From: Methanocaldococcus sp. 16A
Lineage (GTDB): Archaea; AGJL01; Methanococci; Methanococcales; Methanocaldococcaceae
Assembly: GCA_049860595.1 (NCBI GenBank)
Contig: CP187551.1
DNA: 64,000 nt
Reading direction: 5' to 3' (one strand)
A model generated the notes under the pieces. The model did not search any database. It had not been told where the DNA came from and saw only the letters and a list, made by a program, of their open reading frames with translations. Each line of letters begins with the position of its first letter. Within the stretch, counting starts at the first letter, position 1. The translations under genes were made by a program, and so were the position numbers. Below, piece after piece: positions 53,151 through 64,000 of the stretch.

Positions 53151-53936
53151 ATGGAGATTAAAGAAATCACGATTGTTGGAGGTTATGACAAGAACGGCAA
53201 CCCTGAGCCAGTTAAAGAGGTTACAATAAAAAGAGGAGAGATTGTTGGAGTTGTTGGACCAACAGGTAGTGGAAAATCAAACTTAATCAGCGATATTGAG
53301 CAATTGGCTCAGGGAGATACTATCTCTAAAAGAAAAATTTTAGTTAATGGTGAAGTTCCACCAATAGAAATGAGAAGAGACCCAAAAAAGAGAAGAATTG
53401 CTCAACTATCTCAAAATATGAATTTCTTAGCTGATATGACTGTAGAAGAGTTTATTTTAATGCATGCAAAGAGTAGGGGAGTTTATATGGAAAATATAGT
53501 TGATGAAGTTTTAGAGTTAGCAAATAGATTAACAGGAGAGCCAATAAAGAAAGATTACAACTTAACAATTCTTAGTGGAGGGCAGTCAAGGAGTTTAATG
53601 GTTGCTGATGTAGCTGTAATAAGTGATTCTCCTATTGTATTGATAGATGAGATTGAAAATGCTGGAATCAAAAAGCATGAAGCTTTAGAACTATTGGCAG
53701 GATATGGAAAGATTGTTTTGGTTATAACTCACGACCCTGTCTTAGCTTTAATGACTGATAGAAGGATAGTGATGAGAAACGGAGGAATGCAGAAGATTAT
53801 AGAAACTACTGAAGAAGAGAAGGAAATTTCAAGAAGAATAAATGAAGTTGATAACTGGCTACTTTCTCTAAGAGAAAAAATTAGGTTTGGGGAGAGATTA
53901 ACTTACGAAGATGTAAGTTTGGTGGTGAAAGAATGA
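53151..53936 (+). CDS. Stand-alone ABC-type ATPase (MJ0121-like)
   Basis: [20 protein letters not shown] and ITHD motifs; no permease nearby. Confidence 0.88.
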   Translation: MEIKEITIVGGYDKNGNPEPVKEVTIKRGEIVGVVGPTGSGKSNLISDIEQLAQGDTISKRKILVNGEVPPIEMRRDPKKRRIAQLSQNMNFLADMTVEEFILMHAKSRGVYMENIVDEVLELANRLTGEPIKKDYNLTILSGGQSRSLMVADVAVISDSPIVLIDEIENAGIKKHEALELLAGYGKIVLVITHDPVLALMTDRRIVMRNGGMQKIIETTEEEKEISRRINEVDNWLLSLREKIRFGERLTYEDVSLVVKE

Positions 53937-54634
53937 AAGTGGCTATAATTGCAGGAACTCCAGGAGCTGGAAAAACGTCTGTTCTTATTCATACAATAAG
54001 AACTCTAATTAATGAAAATTATAAACCTGTTGTTGTAAAAATTGATTGTTTATATACTGATGATGATATTAGGTATAAAAAATTAGGAATTCCAGTTTTG
54101 GTAGGTTTAAGTAAAGATATGTGTCCAGACCACTTTGCAATATACAACTTTGAAGAAATGGTTGATTGGGCTAAGGATAAGGGAGATATCTTGCTTATAG
54201 AAACAGCTGGTCTCTGCCATAGATGTGCTCCCTACACAAAAAATAGCTTAGGGATTTGTGTCATTGATGCCACTTCAGGCCCAAATACACCAAGAAAAGT
54301 AGGGCCGTTTTTAACAAGTGCAGATATTGTAGTTATTACAAAAGGAGATATCATCTCTCAAGCTGAAAGAGAAGTTTTTAGAGAAAGAGTTTTAGAGATG
54401 AATCCAAATTGTAGAATTTATGAAGTTAATGGACTAACAGGGCAGGGATGTGTTGAAATTGCAAAAGAAATCATTGAAAGCGAAGATATTAAAGATTTAG
54501 AAAATGAAGAGTTAAGGCATAACGCCCCATTATGTATTTGCACCTTGTGTGTTGGAGAAACAAGAGTCTCAAAGAAATATCACAGAGGGATTTTAAGAAG
54601 AATAGATGGATTCATGGAATATGAAGGGGAGTAA
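53933..54634 (+). CDS. HypB/UreG-like (G3E) GTPase
   Basis: [26 protein letters not shown] and C-terminal CTLC motifs. Confidence 0.85.
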   Translation: MKVAIIAGTPGAGKTSVLIHTIRTLINENYKPVVVKIDCLYTDDDIRYKKLGIPVLVGLSKDMCPDHFAIYNFEEMVDWAKDKGDILLIETAGLCHRCAPYTKNSLGICVIDATSGPNTPRKVGPFLTSADIVVITKGDIISQAEREVFRERVLEMNPNCRIYEVNGLTGQGCVEIAKEIIESEDIKDLENEELRHNAPLCICTLCVGETRVSKKYHRGILRRIDGFMEYEGE

Positions 54635-54635
54635 A

Positions 54636-55280
54636 ATGATTAAGATAGAGGAAATCGCCAAATACCTTCCAGGATTTAATTGTGGAGCTTGTGGATATAA
54701 GAGATGTGATTTATTTGCTGAGGCATTATTGAATAAAGATGTAAAATTAGAGGATTGCCCATTTTTGCTTAGAGAGAAATATAAGGAGAATTATAAAAAA
54801 TTAAAAGAGATTTTAAATATTAAAGGAGAAATTAAAAAAGAAGAAAAATATGTTGGAGTTATTGATGGATATGAGGCAGATTTTCTACTAAAACCACTAC
54901 CAAATGAATGTTCTTGTAGAGAAACATTATTAATTATAGATAAGAAGGAGCTTAAAGTTGGAGATTATATAAGATATAGACCTTTGGGCTGTCCAATTCC
55001 ACACTTTGCTAAAATTATAGATGAATATCATGGGTTATATACAATCCACGTAGTAGGGCCGTGCCATAGAATAAATGAGAAAAAGATAGAGTATAAAGAT
55101 GTTGGTATAGCCATAGTTGTTGCATTTGAGGGAATTGTAGAGGGTAAAGTTCCAGAAGTTGGAAAGACAGTTAAATTCATCCCAAAACATTGCATGATGC
55201 AGAAGGTTCATTCTGGAGTAGTAGTTCAAGTTGAAGGAAAAAGAGTTTATATTGAAGGAATAGATTTAAAGGTATTCTAA
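54636..55280 (+). CDS. Fe-S binding protein
   Basis: [14 protein letters not shown]...CP FeS domain; GCPIPH; [10 protein letters not shown]. Confidence 0.8.
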   Translation: MIKIEEIAKYLPGFNCGACGYKRCDLFAEALLNKDVKLEDCPFLLREKYKENYKKLKEILNIKGEIKKEEKYVGVIDGYEADFLLKPLPNECSCRETLLIIDKKELKVGDYIRYRPLGCPIPHFAKIIDEYHGLYTIHVVGPCHRINEKKIEYKDVGIAIVVAFEGIVEGKVPEVGKTVKFIPKHCMMQKVHSGVVVQVEGKRVYIEGIDLKVF

Positions 55281-55289
55281 GAATTTTGT

Positions 55290-55772
55290 TTATTTTATCA
55301 TCTTCACAGAATCTTTTAATCTTGCTGATGCATCTACCATACCAATTAATCTTGGGTCTATACCGCTAACATCCCCATACTTTATATAATCAGTTACAGT
55401 TGGTTTTATTTTGGTAAATGCACCTACATAAATATCATATCCAAATGGAAAGTTTTTCTTACATATTTCTTCTATTCCATCCATTATTTTTTCAAGTTTT
55501 TCTCCATCAACTGTTACAATTATTTCCCCAACTTTAACTCTTAATTCCATTTCCTCGCCTTTAACCTTAATAACTTTTCTATCTTGATGATTTACTGGCA
55601 GTCCTCTTGCAGGACCAAATGGAACAGTCTTAGGCAAAGGTTGTCCATGAACTATTACCCTAACAATCCCATCCAAATCGTAAATCTCATTTAACACTTT
55701 TTCTGTAGTCTCTGCTTTCAAATACCTGTGTGGAAATATTTTTATATCAACAACCTTTATTTCTTCACTCAT
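55290..55772 (-). CDS. mcrD: Methyl-coenzyme M reductase operon protein D (stand-alone McrD/MrtD)
   Basis: IFPHRYLKAETTEKVLN, HGQPLP..VPFGPARG and PTVTDYIKYG motifs. Confidence 0.9.
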   Translation of the reverse strand: MSEEIKVVDIKIFPHRYLKAETTEKVLNEIYDLDGIVRVIVHGQPLPKTVPFGPARGLPVNHQDRKVIKVKGEEMELRVKVGEIIVTVDGEKLEKIMDGIEEICKKNFPFGYDIYVGAFTKIKPTVTDYIKYGDVSGIDPRLIGMVDASARLKDSVKMIK

Positions 55773-56055
55773 AAATTTCACCTCGTTTTTCATAATCCTA
55801 CTATTTCTCTTAACCTTTATAATACTTTCGATAAATTTAATATTACTCTAAGAAAATTAAAAATTTAAATTTTATTATCTAAATTGATAAATATATAACT
55901 ATGTAGATAAGAAAAGCTTGGGAATAAACCTAAGTAATATATATCTCTTAAACTCAAATAATGAAAAAGCAAATTCCTATTCAATCTTTTTATATTACTA
56001 CATTATAATTAATTTTAAAAAATAAAGTAAAAATTTATTTTATGAGGTGTCTATT

Positions 56056-56847
56056 ATGAGAAGAGAATTTCCTGAAGAGGGAGATATAGTTATAGGAACA
56101 GTAAAGGATGTTAAGCCGTATGGAGCATTTGTAGAGCTTTTAGAATATCCAGGAAAGGAAGGGATGATTCATATCTCTGAGGTTACATCAGGATGGGTTA
56201 AAAATATTAGAGACCACGTTAAAGTTGGGCAGAGAGTTGTTGCAAAAGTTTTAAGAGTAGATGAAAAGAAGGGGCATATAGATTTGTCCTTAAAGAGAGT
56301 TACTGAGCAACAGAAAAGAGCAAAAGTTCAAGAATGGAAGAGATTCCAAAGAGCTTCAAAGATGCTCGAAAGAGCTGCTGAAAAATTAGGTAAAAGTTTG
56401 GAAGAAGCTTGGGAAGAAGTTGGATATTTATTAGAGGATGAGTTTGGAGAGTTATATAATGCCTTTGAAACCTTAGTTATAGAAGGGAAAGAAGTTTTAG
56501 ATGATTTAGAGATTAGCGAAGAATGGAAAGATGTTTTATATGAAGTTGCTAAAGAAAGTATAGAATTAACAAATGTTGAAGTTGAGGGAATAATTGAGAT
56601 GAAATCCTACGCACCAGATGGAATTAAACAAATAAAGAAAGCATTAACAACTGCTTTAAAAGCAAACCCTTATGATGATGTTGAAGTGAAAATAACTTAT
56701 ATTGGTGCTCCAAAGTATAGAGTGGAAGTTATAGCACCTGATTATAAGAGTGGAGAGGAAGTATTTAAAAAGGTATGTGAAAAAGCGGTACAGACAATTA
56801 AAAAACTTGGTGGAGAAGGAACTTACTATAGAGAGAGTAAGAAATAA
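56056..56847 (+). CDS. eif2a: Translation initiation factor 2 alpha subunit
   Basis: S1 domain YGAFVELLEYPGKEGMIHISE; YIGAPKYR. Confidence 0.96.
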   Translation: MRREFPEEGDIVIGTVKDVKPYGAFVELLEYPGKEGMIHISEVTSGWVKNIRDHVKVGQRVVAKVLRVDEKKGHIDLSLKRVTEQQKRAKVQEWKRFQRASKMLERAAEKLGKSLEEAWEEVGYLLEDEFGELYNAFETLVIEGKEVLDDLEISEEWKDVLYEVAKESIELTNVEVEGIIEMKSYAPDGIKQIKKALTTALKANPYDDVEVKITYIGAPKYRVEVIAPDYKSGEEVFKKVCEKAVQTIKKLGGEGTYYRESKK

Positions 56848-56854
56848 GAAATAA

Positions 56855-57031
56855 GTGGTAAGGATGAGAATGAAAAAATGTCCAAATTGTGGAACATATA
56901 CTTTAAAAGAAATCTGTCCAAAATGTGGAGAAAAAACAGTAATTCCAAAACCTCCAAAGTTTTCTATAGAAGATAGATGGGGAAAATATAGAAGGATGTT
57001 AAAGAGAGCTTTAAAGAATAAAAATAAATAA
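56855..57031 (+). CDS. nop10: H/ACA RNP protein Nop10 (not in ORF track)
   Basis: MVRMRMKKCPNCGTYTLKEICPKCGEKTVIPKPPKFSIEDRWGKYRRMLKR; conserved position after aIF2-alpha. Confidence 0.93.
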   Translation: MVRMRMKKCPNCGTYTLKEICPKCGEKTVIPKPPKFSIEDRWGKYRRMLKRALKNKNK

Positions 57032-57088
57032 TTAAGGTAATATTTTTTTATTTCTTTTTTATTTTTAAAACATTAATTTTGTGATAAA

Positions 57089-57958
57089 ATGGAAGTTAAG
57101 CCATTTTTAAAGTGGGCAGGAGGAAAAACACAAATTTTAAAGCAAATAGATGAGAATTTACCTAATGAATTAAAAGAAGGGAAAATTAAAAAATATATTG
57201 AGCCATTTGTTGGTGGCGGAGCAGTTCTTTTTTATCTTTTACAAAAGTATGAATTTAAAGAGATAATCATTAACGATATTAATGAAGATTTGATGCTATG
57301 CTATAAGGTTGTTAAAAATGATGTTGATAGGTTAATTGAAGAATTATCATCCTTAAGAGATAAATTTTTATCATTAGATAATGAAAAAAGAAAAGAATTT
57401 TACTATAAAATAAGGGACGAATTTAATAAAACCAAAAATGAATATGATGATGTTAAAAGAGTAGCACAGTTTATATTTTTAAATAAAACATGTTATAATG
57501 GGTTGTATAGGGTTAATAAAAAAGGAGAATTTAATGTCCCTTATGGAAGATATAAAAATCCAAAAATTTTTGATGAAAATAATTTAAAGATGGTATCAAA
57601 ATTATTAAAAAATGTTATAATTATTTGTGGAGATTTTGAGATAGTTGATAAATATGTTGATGAAAAGAGCTTTGTTTATTTAGATCCTCCATATAAACCA
57701 TTAAATAAAACATCTTCTTTCACTTCCTACACAAAATATGATTTTAATGACTCTGACCAAATTAGATTAGCAAAATTCTATAGAAAGTTGGATAATAGAG
57801 GGACTAAATTGATGTTAAGTAACTCATATAACATTGAATTTTTTAGAAAGCTTTATGAGGGATTTAATATAAAAAAGGTTGTAGCTAAGAGAATGATTAA
57901 CTGTAAAGGGAATAAAAGAAAAAATGATGTTTATGAATTATTAATTATGAACTATTAA
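57089..57958 (+). CDS. Dam/DpnM-type N6-adenine DNA methyltransferase (probably GATC)
   Basis: LKWAGGK, EPFVGGG, NGLYRVN..G.FNVPYG and DPPY motifs. Confidence 0.92.
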   Translation: MEVKPFLKWAGGKTQILKQIDENLPNELKEGKIKKYIEPFVGGGAVLFYLLQKYEFKEIIINDINEDLMLCYKVVKNDVDRLIEELSSLRDKFLSLDNEKRKEFYYKIRDEFNKTKNEYDDVKRVAQFIFLNKTCYNGLYRVNKKGEFNVPYGRYKNPKIFDENNLKMVSKLLKNVIIICGDFEIVDKYVDEKSFVYLDPPYKPLNKTSSFTSYTKYDFNDSDQIRLAKFYRKLDNRGTKLMLSNSYNIEFFRKLYEGFNIKKVVAKRMINCKGNKRKNDVYELLIMNY

Positions 57959-57992
57959 AATATTAAAAAGGATGATACTGAGGGATAGATTT

Positions 57993-58865
57993 ATGGATTT
58001 TGAAAATTTAATTAATAATCTTTTAGAAACAATAAAAACTTATGATTTCTTTGTAGATTGGGGGAAGATTGAAAATAATGTAAAAAAGATAGAAAAAAGA
58101 TTGCATATTCTAAATTACTTAATTGGAAAAGAAAACTTTAAAGAAGAATTTTTTGAATTATTAAAGGAATATCCTGAAGTAATTACTGTTTTTCCTATTT
58201 TAATTGCTGTTAGAGATAATAGAATAACCGTTTTAAATGAAAATATGGAATTAGAGACATTAGAATTTAAAGAGAAGAAATATTTAACTGATGAAGAAAT
58301 TGAAAGGTACTATAAATTTTTTAAAGAAAGTGGATTGGAGGATTTATTAAAAAATAGAAAAATAAAGAATTTGGTAGATTATGTTTTTGGTGTGGAAGTA
58401 GGGATGGACACAAATGCAAGAAAAAACAGAATAGGAGATTTAATGGAAAATATTGTTAAAAAATATATTGAAGATCTATGCAAACAACATAAAGAGCTCG
58501 ATTATATTTATCAAGCTACAAAAGACAAAATAAAAGAAAAATGGGGAATAAATTTAATATTGGATAAAACAAATAGAAAATTTGACTTTGCAATATTTAA
58601 CAAAAATAATAAAAAGTTGTATCTTATTGAGGTTAATTTTTATAGTGGAGGAGGTTCAAAATTAAAGGCAACGGCGGGAGAGTATAAAGCATTAAACGAA
58701 TTTATAAAAAACAAAAACAATAATGTCCAATTTATATGGATAACTGATGGAAAAGGATGGAATACCGCAAAAAATCCATTAAAAGAAAGTTTTAATAGTG
58801 GAGTTGTTATATTAAACTTAAAAATGGTTAAAAATGGCTTATTAAAAAAGATAATCTTGGGATAA
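57993..58865 (+). CDS. DpnII/MboI-family type II restriction endonuclease
   Basis: [31 protein letters not shown] and [10 protein letters not shown] motifs. Confidence 0.92.
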   Translation: MDFENLINNLLETIKTYDFFVDWGKIENNVKKIEKRLHILNYLIGKENFKEEFFELLKEYPEVITVFPILIAVRDNRITVLNENMELETLEFKEKKYLTDEEIERYYKFFKESGLEDLLKNRKIKNLVDYVFGVEVGMDTNARKNRIGDLMENIVKKYIEDLCKQHKELDYIYQATKDKIKEKWGINLILDKTNRKFDFAIFNKNNKKLYLIEVNFYSGGGSKLKATAGEYKALNEFIKNKNNNVQFIWITDGKGWNTAKNPLKESFNSGVVILNLKMVKNGLLKKIILG

Positions 58866-58866
58866 T

Positions 58867-59541
58867 ATGCAACTTAGAGTATCTTCAGGCAATATATTGA
58901 ATGAGAAAGTTCATAAAGTAGGGATTATAGCATTAGGCTCTTTTTTAGAAAATCATGGGGCTGTTTTACCAATAGATACTGATATAAAGATAGCATCATA
59001 CATTGCTTTAAAAGCGTCTATTTTAACTGGAGCTAAGTTTTTAGGAGTTGTTATTCCATCAACTGAATATGAGTATGTTAAACATGGAATACACAACAAA
59101 CCTGAAGAAGTTTATAGGTATATAAGATTTTTGATAAACGAAGGTAAAAAAATTGGTGTAGAGAAGTTTTTAATAGTTAATTGTCATGGAGGAAACATAT
59201 TAGTTGAACGTTTTTTAAAAGATTTAGAATATGAGTTTGATACAAAAGTAGAGATGATAAATATAACATTTACACATGCTTCAACAGAGGAAGTTTCTGT
59301 TGGTTATATAATTGGCATAGCAGATATTGATAGATTGGAAGAACACAACAACTTTAAGAAATATCCTGAGGTAGGAATGGTTGGATTAAAAGAGGCGAGA
59401 AAGAACAATAAAGCAATAGATGAAGAGGCAAAAATTGTTGAAAGATTTGGAGTTAAGTTAGATGAAAAACTTGGAGAAAAGATTTTAAATAACGCATTAG
59501 AAAAGGTTGTTGAAAAAATTATGGGACTTTTACAGGAATAA
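58867..59541 (+). CDS. arfB: FAPy (2-amino-5-formylamino-6-ribosylaminopyrimidinone 5'-P) deformylase, creatininase family
   Basis: [22 protein letters not shown] and HASTEE motifs. Confidence 0.88.
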   Translation: MQLRVSSGNILNEKVHKVGIIALGSFLENHGAVLPIDTDIKIASYIALKASILTGAKFLGVVIPSTEYEYVKHGIHNKPEEVYRYIRFLINEGKKIGVEKFLIVNCHGGNILVERFLKDLEYEFDTKVEMINITFTHASTEEVSVGYIIGIADIDRLEEHNNFKKYPEVGMVGLKEARKNNKAIDEEAKIVERFGVKLDEKLGEKILNNALEKVVEKIMGLLQE

Positions 59542-59672
59542 ATATTTAAAAGCATTTTGATGCTTTCAGCATCATAATAAATACCTTAGAGAAGATATGG
59601 AATATGGTTTTTAAGAATTCATCACCGCCCTAAAGCAGAGTTTCTTAGCAACAACTAATGATAAAAGTCCCA
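59522..59672. repeat. Enlarged MJRE-type element overlapping the arfB 3' end
   Basis: TGGGACTTTTACAGGAATAAAT...TGATGCT-TTC-AGCATCA...AAAAGTCCCA. Confidence 0.75.
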
Positions 59673-59697
59673 TAAAAGAGATGGCAAGGTGATATTC

Positions 59698-60228
59698 ATG
59701 GATAAAAAATCTAAATTAATAAAACTACTTAAGGATGTAGGATGTATAAAATTTGGAGAATTTATTTTGGCTTCTGGTAAAAAAAGCAACTACTATATAG
59801 ATATAAAGAAAGCTACAACAAATCCAGAGATTTTAAAGTTAATTGGGGAAATTATTGCTGAGAAAATAAAAGATGAAGATGTGAAAGTTGCTGGTGTTGA
59901 GCTTGGCTCAGTCCCTATAGCTACAGCTGTCTCAATTATTGCTCAAAAGCCGCTACTAATTGTTAGAAAAAAACCAAAAGATTATGGAACTAAAAATAAA
60001 ATAGAGGGTGAATTAAAGGAAGGAGATAAAGTTATTATTGTAGAAGATGTTACAACAACAGGAGGAAGCGTATTGAAAGCAGTTAAAGAGATTAGGGAGA
60101 ATGGAGGAATTGTAGATAAAGTTTTTGTAGTTGTTGATAGGTTAGAAGGAGCTAAGGAAAACTTACAAAAAGAGAATGTTGAATTAATTCCATTAGTTAC
60201 TGTTAAAGAATTACAATCCACTCAATAA
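59698..60228 (+). CDS. pyrE: Orotate phosphoribosyltransferase
   Basis: [20 protein letters not shown] and [10 protein letters not shown] motifs. Confidence 0.96.
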   Translation: MDKKSKLIKLLKDVGCIKFGEFILASGKKSNYYIDIKKATTNPEILKLIGEIIAEKIKDEDVKVAGVELGSVPIATAVSIIAQKPLLIVRKKPKDYGTKNKIEGELKEGDKVIIVEDVTTTGGSVLKAVKEIRENGGIVDKVFVVVDRLEGAKENLQKENVELIPLVTVKELQSTQ

Positions 60229-61671
60229 ATCCAAAAACTTCTTTGTCTTTTCTTTTTTAACTTTACCAAACTTCTCTAACTTACTGACATCTATATTTTT
60301 ATCCTTTAAAATCTCTTTTATTGGCTCTATGAGAGCTATCTTTTTTAGCAAATCCTCAATCTCTTTCTTTTTAAAGTTAAATCTCTCTACAGTTTCCCAA
60401 TCATGAACCAAATATAAAGCCACTCCACCAATATTCTTTAAAGGAATCTGATACTTTGGAAGCTCCTCCTCTAATTTAAATTTTAAATCTAAGACATTTA
60501 TGCAATCAATTCCCTCAACTTTCATCCAAGATAAAAATCCTTTTTGTGGAGTTATCATAATAGATGGGAATAAATTACTCCTTGCTCTCTCATCCGGTGT
60601 TTTGTAGAGATAAAATTTAAACACATCTTCAGAGAATTTTTTTATCAAAATGTCCTTTGATATTTCCTTAGATAACTCATTTTTAATTTTAATAGCTTTT
60701 TTTAATAGTTCAGTTGGTTCTCCATCTTTGTATAATCCTTCCTTTTCTAATATCTCTTTAAGTTCAAGTTCTTTCAATTTTTTTTCTTCCATACATCTAA
60801 CATCCAAAACTCCACCACTAATCTCTTCTTCTTTCCTAAATAATAAGCAGAGTTCTAAATATTTATTTAAGAGTTTTTTCTCTTCTTCATTAAGCAACTT
60901 ATTAATCTTTTCATTTATCTTATTTTCAATTTCATCTTTGTAAGCGTTGAGATAGCCAATGGCTAAAACCCTTCTAACATATTGGTCGTCTATAATTTTA
61001 TTCTTTGAAAAATTCCTTTTTATTGATGTTATTATAGCATTTCCAAACTTTTCTTTAATATATTTCTCATAATTTTTGTCTTCAACTCTAACCCTCTTAA
61101 ATTCTCTCTTTCCTTTATCAATAACTATAAGGGATATTGTATAGGATGTTAAAATTCCTCTACCTTTTGGCTCTAAGATGTCTAAAAACTCTTTATAGGT
61201 TGTGACTAAATAAGGTGGGAATTCAAACATTATCTTTTTATATGAACCATCTAAAGGCAGATTTGGAGGCAAGTTTATATTACCAATATCTTCAGTTAAG
61301 TGAGCTAAGGCAATTTTGTGGGAAACTAAGGCATGTCTAACTCTCTCCAATATTCCCTTCTTTTCACTTGCTATTCTCCTTAAATATGTGCTGTAGCTTG
61401 CTATTTCTTGTAATCCTTCACTATCATATCCACCTTTTAACTTTCCAACGTTCTTATATGGAGAATCAAATTCTAAAAACTCCATTTTTGATTTTAAATC
61501 TTGCAAAATCTCTAAGTTTTTCTCTAAGGTTGATATAATATTGGATAATTCAGTTTTATCGATGGTTTTATTTTTTATTTTCTCAGATATCTCTTTTAAT
61601 TTATTGTTAATCCCATTTAAAGAATCCAAAAATTCATTGGCATTTTTTATTAAATTACTTGTATTTTCCAT
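60211..61671 (-). CDS. DUF530 family protein (MJ1110-like)
   Basis: [15 protein letters not shown] and [13 protein letters not shown] motifs. Confidence 0.7.
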   Translation of the reverse strand: MENTSNLIKNANEFLDSLNGINNKLKEISEKIKNKTIDKTELSNIISTLEKNLEILQDLKSKMEFLEFDSPYKNVGKLKGGYDSEGLQEIASYSTYLRRIASEKKGILERVRHALVSHKIALAHLTEDIGNINLPPNLPLDGSYKKIMFEFPPYLVTTYKEFLDILEPKGRGILTSYTISLIVIDKGKREFKRVRVEDKNYEKYIKEKFGNAIITSIKRNFSKNKIIDDQYVRRVLAIGYLNAYKDEIENKINEKINKLLNEEEKKLLNKYLELCLLFRKEEEISGGVLDVRCMEEKKLKELELKEILEKEGLYKDGEPTELLKKAIKIKNELSKEISKDILIKKFSEDVFKFYLYKTPDERARSNLFPSIMITPQKGFLSWMKVEGIDCINVLDLKFKLEEELPKYQIPLKNIGGVALYLVHDWETVERFNFKKKEIEDLLKKIALIEPIKEILKDKNIDVSKLEKFGKVKKEKTKKFLDLLSGL

Positions 61672-62983
61672 AATCCCTCAACTCAATGATTTCTCCTTTT
61701 CTCGGATTAACATATTTCGGGATTGAAATGTTCTGTAAATTTCCATTAACAATATCTTTAAATAAATCAATAATATGGGAGTATTTCCTCTCTGCATAAG
61801 CAAATAACTTACAATCCTTAATAAAAACTTTATCATACTTTTTTAAAAAGCTCTCAACTCTCTCCTTCTTAAATATTTGAGGACCTTCTCTCAAAGTAAT
61901 TTTTGGTAGTTCATGCACTAAAAATTCCCAATATAGATAACAATAATTATCATCTGCAAAACACTTGCTACTTAAAATTACAAATTCATTTTTAACAATA
62001 GCTTTATTTATACTTTTTTGAAGCTTTTCCATCTGTGGATAGATGATGTCATCAACAACATCTTCCCTTGGGATTTTTAATATCAACCTATATCCATGCT
62101 CCCTATCTTCCAAAATTTCTTCCATTTTTTTAGCATAATCTCTAAAAAACTCTATAGACGGATTTTTTAAAAATTCTCTTGAATAAAATATAAATTTACA
62201 AAAGTTTTCTTTACTTAAAGGAGCAGCTACATTTCTATTTAAATCTACAGGGTCATAAACAATAAATGGCTCATCAAATTCCTTAAGATTTTTAATATCA
62301 ACATCTTTATAAATTTCAAATATATCCTTTAAAATTATCTTCTTCCCAATCTTCCAATTCTGAGCATCTTCTATAAGATTTATAAATGAACCATAGTGTA
62401 AAATCAACAACTCACACAAATAGCCAGAAAATCCTTTAGTTTTAACATCTGAGCCATATAAATTTAAACTTTTTAAAAATGCCTTTAGCAATCTAACTTC
62501 ATCACATAGTTTTTCATTTAATCTATCTTTTAAAAATTTGTGATGCAAAGGAGTTCTATCAACGGCAGAGATTATTTTTTCTCCAAAATCTATCTTATAG
62601 CATGGGACTATATCAACCTCATAATCATCTACTTTACCATTAACATAGGGATGAGATGCATAGTTTATATTATAAATTCCATTTAGCCTCTTTATAGCCT
62701 CAATCCCTATCTTTAACCCAATCTCTTCCAATTCATCTTCAGAAGTTGATTTATCAAACAATACAAAAATATCTATATCGTAATCATCCTTTAAATTAGT
62801 ATTTCTTGCTGAAGAACCTACCAACAAAACCTCTAAAACTGGATAATTGTTTTCTTTAACTATTTCCCATATTTTATTAATTATTTCATTTGCTTTATTT
62901 TGCAATTTTTTCATATCTTCCTTTGATGGTTTTATTTCTTTTAAAATCTCTTTTAATATATTTTCTATCAAAATAATCACCAA
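61655..62983 (-). CDS. cca: CCA-adding enzyme (class I)
   Basis: GSSARNTNL..DYDIDIF, SAVDRTPLH, GFSGYLCELL and DPVDLNRNVAA motifs. Confidence 0.96.
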   Translation of the reverse strand: MVIILIENILKEILKEIKPSKEDMKKLQNKANEIINKIWEIVKENNYPVLEVLLVGSSARNTNLKDDYDIDIFVLFDKSTSEDELEEIGLKIGIEAIKRLNGIYNINYASHPYVNGKVDDYEVDIVPCYKIDFGEKIISAVDRTPLHHKFLKDRLNEKLCDEVRLLKAFLKSLNLYGSDVKTKGFSGYLCELLILHYGSFINLIEDAQNWKIGKKIILKDIFEIYKDVDIKNLKEFDEPFIVYDPVDLNRNVAAPLSKENFCKFIFYSREFLKNPSIEFFRDYAKKMEEILEDREHGYRLILKIPREDVVDDIIYPQMEKLQKSINKAIVKNEFVILSSKCFADDNYCYLYWEFLVHELPKITLREGPQIFKKERVESFLKKYDKVFIKDCKLFAYAERKYSHIIDLFKDIVNGNLQNISIPKYVNPRKGEIIELRDYGKYK

Positions 62984-63865
62984 TTAAACCTTTAATGATA
63001 TTAAAATTCCAATCATTCCAAAAAATATTCCAATAATCCACAAAACTGCAACTAATTGATATTCTTTCATTGGTTTGTATTTCAATATCAACCTTGGTAG
63101 AGAGAGATAGCCTCCAATATAATATAGCTTTCCATCCTCTCTAAGAGTTGTTGGTTTATGCTCATCTCTACTCATAACTCCAGCACTTAAATATTTTAGA
63201 GCAGCATCTATTAGATAAGGCAACATTATAATCAAAAATGGAATATATTCTTTATATATAACTGCTAAAACAGCTAAGAAAGCTCCTATTGGTAGAGTTC
63301 CTACATCTCCAGGAAATACTTTCGCTGGATATTTGTTAAAGATTAATAACCCAAAATAAGAAGCAGAAAATATTAACGCTGATAGAAATCCAACTGTATA
63401 GTTATCTAAAAACAAAACAACAGCCAATGATATAGAAGCAATAATTCCCATTCCTATCTCTAATCCATTAAATCCCGCCAACATATTTGTTAAATTTGAG
63501 AATATCATTATTCCCAAAGCAATAAATAAAATCGCTATCAAATCAATATTGAAATTATTATAAAAAATAAATCCTACAACTAATCCAGAAATGAATAATA
63601 AAACTAACTTCTCTTTTGGTGAAAGCTTGGCTATATCATCTATAACTCCAATAATTCCAGCAACAATTATTGGAAGAACAAAAATTGGATTTATAAATGG
63701 AATAAATAAAACATTAGAAAACAATACTGCTAAACCCCCCATCTCTGGAACTTTAACTTTCTCTTTTTTATGCAAATCATAGCCAAATTTATAATTAACT
63801 ATCTTTTTCATTAAAAAATAACACAATACTGCAGAAAATATAAAAGAACATACTGGCAAAATCAT
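62984..63865 (-). CDS. UDP-GlcNAc:dolichyl-phosphate GlcNAc-1-P transferase (MraY/GPT family, AglH-like)
   Basis: PEMGG, GVIDD, NMLAGFNGLE and PAKVFPGDVG motifs. Confidence 0.88.
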   Translation of the reverse strand: MILPVCSFIFSAVLCYFLMKKIVNYKFGYDLHKKEKVKVPEMGGLAVLFSNVLFIPFINPIFVLPIIVAGIIGVIDDIAKLSPKEKLVLLFISGLVVGFIFYNNFNIDLIAILFIALGIMIFSNLTNMLAGFNGLEIGMGIIASISLAVVLFLDNYTVGFLSALIFSASYFGLLIFNKYPAKVFPGDVGTLPIGAFLAVLAVIYKEYIPFLIIMLPYLIDAALKYLSAGVMSRDEHKPTTLREDGKLYYIGGYLSLPRLILKYKPMKEYQLVAVLWIIGIFFGMIGILISLKV

Positions 63866-63866
63866 A

Positions 63867-64000
63867 CTATCCCCTCAATTTATTAGCTAAGCTCACAATT
63901 TTTTTAGCTCTCTCAATATCAATCTCATTATTAACAATCCCTTCTCTCTTTATCCATGTCCCAATTATAAAGCCATCTGCATAGTTCCAAAGTTTCTCTA
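63867..64000 (-). CDS. BtpA/SgcQ family protein, 3' end only
   Basis: ...YADGFIIGTWIKREG..N.IDIERAKKIV C-terminal motif. Confidence 0.65.
   Translation of the reverse strand, partial: EKLWNYADGFIIGTWIKREGIVNNEIDIERAKKIVSLANKLRG

Noticed and set aside
4217-63782. Many antisense ORFs (e.g. 4217-4840, 14927-15559, 28021-28593, 43843-44316)
   Set aside because: They are shadow frames of well-supported genes, with Ser/Phe/Ile-rich composition.

Overview
AT-rich (about 30% GC) archaeal chromosome segment from a hyperthermophilic methanogen of the genus Methanocaldococcus. It is close to M. jannaschii but rearranged relative to it; the MJ locus numbers quoted are from memory, not from a search. 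Most of the window is housekeeping and methanogen core genes (pheT, thrB, glmU/glmM, mfnB, lysA, argC, hemC, feoAB, srp54, pyk, secD, glyA, aksF, purC/S/P, cdhD/E, aIF2-alpha, cca and others). Other features: four tRNAs (Arg, intron-containing Met, Leu, Sec), a box H/ACA-type sRNA, an orphan 9-repeat CRISPR array, two IS6 elements, about 10 copies of a ~92-bp palindromic MITE-like repeat (MJRE-type), a Dam/DpnII-type RM pair and decayed defence-gene remnants. The most striking observation concerns the selenoprotein gene selD (in-frame UGA at codon 19, canonical archaeal SECIS in the 3' UTR). It carries a perfect 22-bp inverted repeat between its stop codon/3' UTR and the coding sequence starting 8 nt downstream of the Sec UGA. 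This predicts a ~1-kb long-range mRNA loop that would place the SECIS next to the UGA being recoded.
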